Assembly: GCA_965198005.1 (NCBI GenBank)
Contig: CBDAOI010000003.1
Span: 896,001-960,000 of the forward strand
Direction: 5' to 3'
From: Spirochaetia bacterium
Lineage (GTDB): Bacteria > Spirochaetota > Spirochaetia > SZUA-6 > Bin103
Length of the DNA stretch: 64,000 nucleotides
Part shown: positions 61,314 through 64,000 of the stretch, one piece after another
Position numbering within the stretch: position 1 is the first letter of the stretch
How the letters are laid out: every line of letters begins with the position of its first letter
Program-made: the position numbers and the translations under genes
The notes under the pieces: model-generated
The model's database searches: none
Told to the model about the DNA's origin: nothing
What the model saw: the letters and a program-made list of their open reading frames with translations, nothing else

Positions 61314-61917
61314 ATGGCAACGCCTTTTGAACCGCCGCGCGACATTTGGGAAGTCAATCAGAGCTTACAGCTTGATGAGCACCTCGATGGCGCTCAAGAT
61401 CCCCGATGGGTGGATACCGAAGTTGCACGTGGCGAATACAGTTTCTTGCGCATCTGTGGTCGACGGTACCGATCGTCTGAGCGGCGATGACGCTCGTGCG
61501 TTCTTTGAGACGGACGTACATCAGCTACAACAGGTGCGTGGATTATTCGTATATTGCGCGCCAGTTCATCTGGCTTACGAAGGTACCAACGTCAGGCAGA
61601 ATTTCACTGACATCTTCCAGTTGCCCATGATCAAGCTTGTGAGCGACGACGACTCGCCTCACGAAGCGGGCCGCGAGGCGATGCGCGAACTGCTGCATCG
61701 ACGCGCGGCATCCGGATTGTTTGACAGCGGAGTCGCCGATCGCCTTATTGGGCACAGCGGCGGGCACCCGCGCGACCTGCTGCGGCTCGTGCGCTATTTG
61801 CTCTACAACCTGGCTCTGCTGGAATACAACGATTTCTACTGGCGCAGTCATCCCGTGATTCGTACGACGCGGGAATACATGATGGCACGCCGATCCCTCA
61901 CCCAGTCAGATGAGTGA
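61314..61917 (+). pseudogene. P-loop ATPase with large internal deletions (Walker A lost)
   Basis: MATPFEPP start with GGAGG RBS, then Walker B-like VVDGTDR and SGGHPRDLL in another frame. Confidence 0.6.
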
Positions 61918-63391
61918 ACCCGGTACCGCGTGGCCGCTCTACTCGGAACATTCCGGAACGCTGATAAGGCTTCGCCGACTGGTAGAGCACAGACGGGCGT
62001 TTGTCCTCTGCTTTCTAACCTATTCCGATAGCGCCTATCGCGATACAGCCGCCGGCTTTCTGTCGGAACTGTTGGGGGCGCGGCTTCGTGTCGTTATTGA
62101 TAGGGATGTCCGAATCGGCACCGAGGAGTTTTTCCAGCGACTGTGCGACCGCGCTTACCAAGGTCCGGCACTGCTCAGCGGTCTCGAACTGTGGCCGGAT
62201 GGACTGGATGACCTGCTGAAGCGGCTGAACTATCGCCGAGAAGCGCTGGCGACGCGTTGCCAGCGTCCGTTGTTGGTGTGGATCCGGACGCGCGATGTGT
62301 GTGAAGTGGCAACCGTCGCCGCCGATCTTTGGGCGTGGCGGTCCGGCGTGTTCGATTTCGCTCTGCCGCCGGCCACCGGTCGCGCCGATCTCAAACAGAA
62401 TCGAACTATCCGGAGCTTGACCTATACGGCCGATCCTCAAGAGCGGTTGGACCAGTTGCAACGGCACCTCCGCACTCGCTCGTCGTTCGATTTGGCGGAC
62501 GTGGGCTTGCTGATTGAGTTGGGTGACTTGCGGCGGTCACTCGGCCAACCCGCAGATGCGGACAGATCATATTCTCGTGCCTTGACGGCGTTGTCGGGCA
62601 CTGACGACCGAAGGCGTCTGGCGATCGTACATGGTCGGATTGCCGACACTCTCGAGATGCGGGGAGAACTGGAGGAGGCGCTGCGCATCCGGAAGGAAGA
62701 GGAGATTCCTGTCTATGAACGTCTTGGGGACATGCGCTCGCTGGCCATGGCCAAGGGGGCGATCTCCGATATATTGCAGATGCACGGCGAACTGGACGAG
62801 GCGTTGCGTATCCGGACGGAAGACGAAATCCCGGTCTATGAGCGCTTGGGAGACGACCGTTCGGTCGCCATTACCAAGGGGCAAATCGCCGATATACTCC
62901 AGGCTCGGGGCCAACTCGACGAGGCACTGAGAATTCGTTCCGAAGTGCAATTGCCGGTCTTCCAACGCTTGCGGGACGTGCGTTCGGTTGCCGTTACTCA
63001 AGGGAGGATTGCCGATATCTTGCTGGCCCGTGGCGAACTGGACGAGGCGCTGCGTATTCTCACGGAAGAGCAGCTGCCGGCCTTCGAACGCCTAGGGGAC
63101 ATGCGCTCGCTTGCCATAGGGGACGTGCGGTCGCTTGCGATTACGAACGGTCAGATCGCCGATATTCTGGAGGCGCGAGGGAACCTCGACGAGGCATTGC
63201 GCATTCGCATGGAAAAGGAGATACCCATCTATGAGCGGCTCGGGGATGGACAGTCGCTTGCCTCTGCACGGCTGAAGATCGAACAGCTTCGCCAGCAACC
63301 CCCGGAACTCGGCGCGCGGCCACAACACTCGCGCAGCAGGTCGACGGCTTGGTGCTCAACATCAAGACGATTGCCCCGCGACACGGAGTAG
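61910..63391 (+). CDS. TPR-repeat protein with inactive STAND-like N-terminal domain
   Basis: LN.RRE.L...P...W...AADLWAWRSGVFDF followed by repeats. Confidence 0.8.
   Translation: MSEPGTAWPLYSEHSGTLIRLRRLVEHRRAFVLCFLTYSDSAYRDTAAGFLSELLGARLRVVIDRDVRIGTEEFFQRLCDRAYQGPALLSGLELWPDGLDDLLKRLNYRREALATRCQRPLLVWIRTRDVCEVATVAADLWAWRSGVFDFALPPATGRADLKQNRTIRSLTYTADPQERLDQLQRHLRTRSSFDLADVGLLIELGDLRRSLGQPADADRSYSRALTALSGTDDRRRLAIVHGRIADTLEMRGELEEALRIRKEEEIPVYERLGDMRSLAMAKGAISDILQMHGELDEALRIRTEDEIPVYERLGDDRSVAITKGQIADILQARGQLDEALRIRSEVQLPVFQRLRDVRSVAVTQGRIADILLARGELDEALRILTEEQLPAFERLGDMRSLAIGDVRSLAITNGQIADILEARGNLDEALRIRMEKEIPIYERLGDGQSLASARLKIEQLRQQPPELGARPQHSRSRSTAWCSTSRRLPRDTE
62618..63256 (+). repeat. 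Five 41-aa (123-bp) TPR-like tandem repeats plus one 8-aa remnant
   Basis: Unit A.T.G.IADIL..RG.LDEALRI......P..ERLGD.RS. Confidence 0.9.
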
Positions 63392-63667
63392 AGCAGGCGC
63401 AATTGGCGGCGCCGGCCGCCCCAGCTCGGAACGGTCGCTGGTGGCACCGTCAAGCTCCGGCAGCGTCACCGGGACGGTCGCGTGCAGACAAGAATGCGGA
63501 GTTGTCTCGGCGGCTGTCGTGAAGCCCGGACGGTTGCATGCCCTATCTTCGACGTACTGGCAGCCCTCGCGGTTCAGCGTGTCGCCCCAGCGGACCGGCC
63601 GGTTGCTCCGTCAGCCTGATTCGGGCATCATGGTGACCAGCCGCTCGGGAATGGCGACAACACCTGC

Positions 63668-64000
63668 ATGAGAACGATGGCAGAAGCACCGGCGAGCACA
63701 AAACGACGCCTCGCAACCGAGGTGGCGGAGTTGTATCCGCCCCAAGGTCAATGGAGTGAGTCGGATTACTTCTCCCTGCCTGACACCAACCGCCTGACGG
63801 AGCTGTCGCGAGGACGATTCATCATGCCACCCCATCCGACCCGACGGCATCAAGCCGCGCCAAGCGCACCGACCGCACCGACAAGGCCGAAGACTACGCT
63901 CGGGCAGGGATTCCGGAGTATTGGCTCGCTGATCCCGATGCCCGTACCGTGGAGGTGTTCGTTCTGAAAGGGCAGAGGTACGAGCTGTTGGGTAGATGGG
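63668..64000 (+). pseudogene. Uma2 endonuclease with central deletion; runs off the window
   Basis: W...DY..LP....EL..G...M.P.P...HQ jumps to DK..DYARAGIPEYW. Confidence 0.8.

Noticed and set aside
62618-63256. TPR repeats as DGR template/variable repeats
   Set aside because: Differences are not adenine-specific and no reverse transcriptase is present.

Overview
A GC-rich bacterial window with two kinds of sequence. The host is probably a spirochaete (inference from the FliF form, the LWAGGTEEE solute-binding-protein N-terminus and the mevalonate genes), possibly host-associated. (1) About 1-35 kb and 59.7-64 kb is accessory and heavily eroded. It holds several paralogous peptide/nickel ABC cassettes (SBP-dppB-dppC, no ATPase genes) and an ORF-less group II intron with a variant domain V. 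It also holds a chain of mobile elements: an IS91 remnant, a RIT remnant, an IS21 left end, and a TGT...ACA four-gene Mu/Tn7-like transposon whose DDE gene is split at a probable catalytic Asp codon by an intact RIT element. Further accessory content is an IS with 18-bp IRs, many toxin-antitoxin modules, and many gene shreds fused into chimeras. (2) About 35.8-59.6 kb is mostly intact housekeeping sequence: rarA, an MFS transporter, mmsA, an orphan fliF, an aldo/keto reductase, Mut7-C, MazG-like, a Calx-beta autotransporter, miaB plus a mevalonate operon, a 1-Cys peroxiredoxin, uraH and uricase, with an inserted ATPase-TOPRIM gene. Best candidates for undescribed systems: the TniQ-less TGT...ACA transposon with a Cys/His ORF, the RIT end architecture, the ORF-less intron, the FN3/antitoxin-like/ART-like trio, and the pervasive gene shredding. 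No rRNA, tRNA or CRISPR array was seen. All family calls come from motif recognition by eye; no database searches were run.
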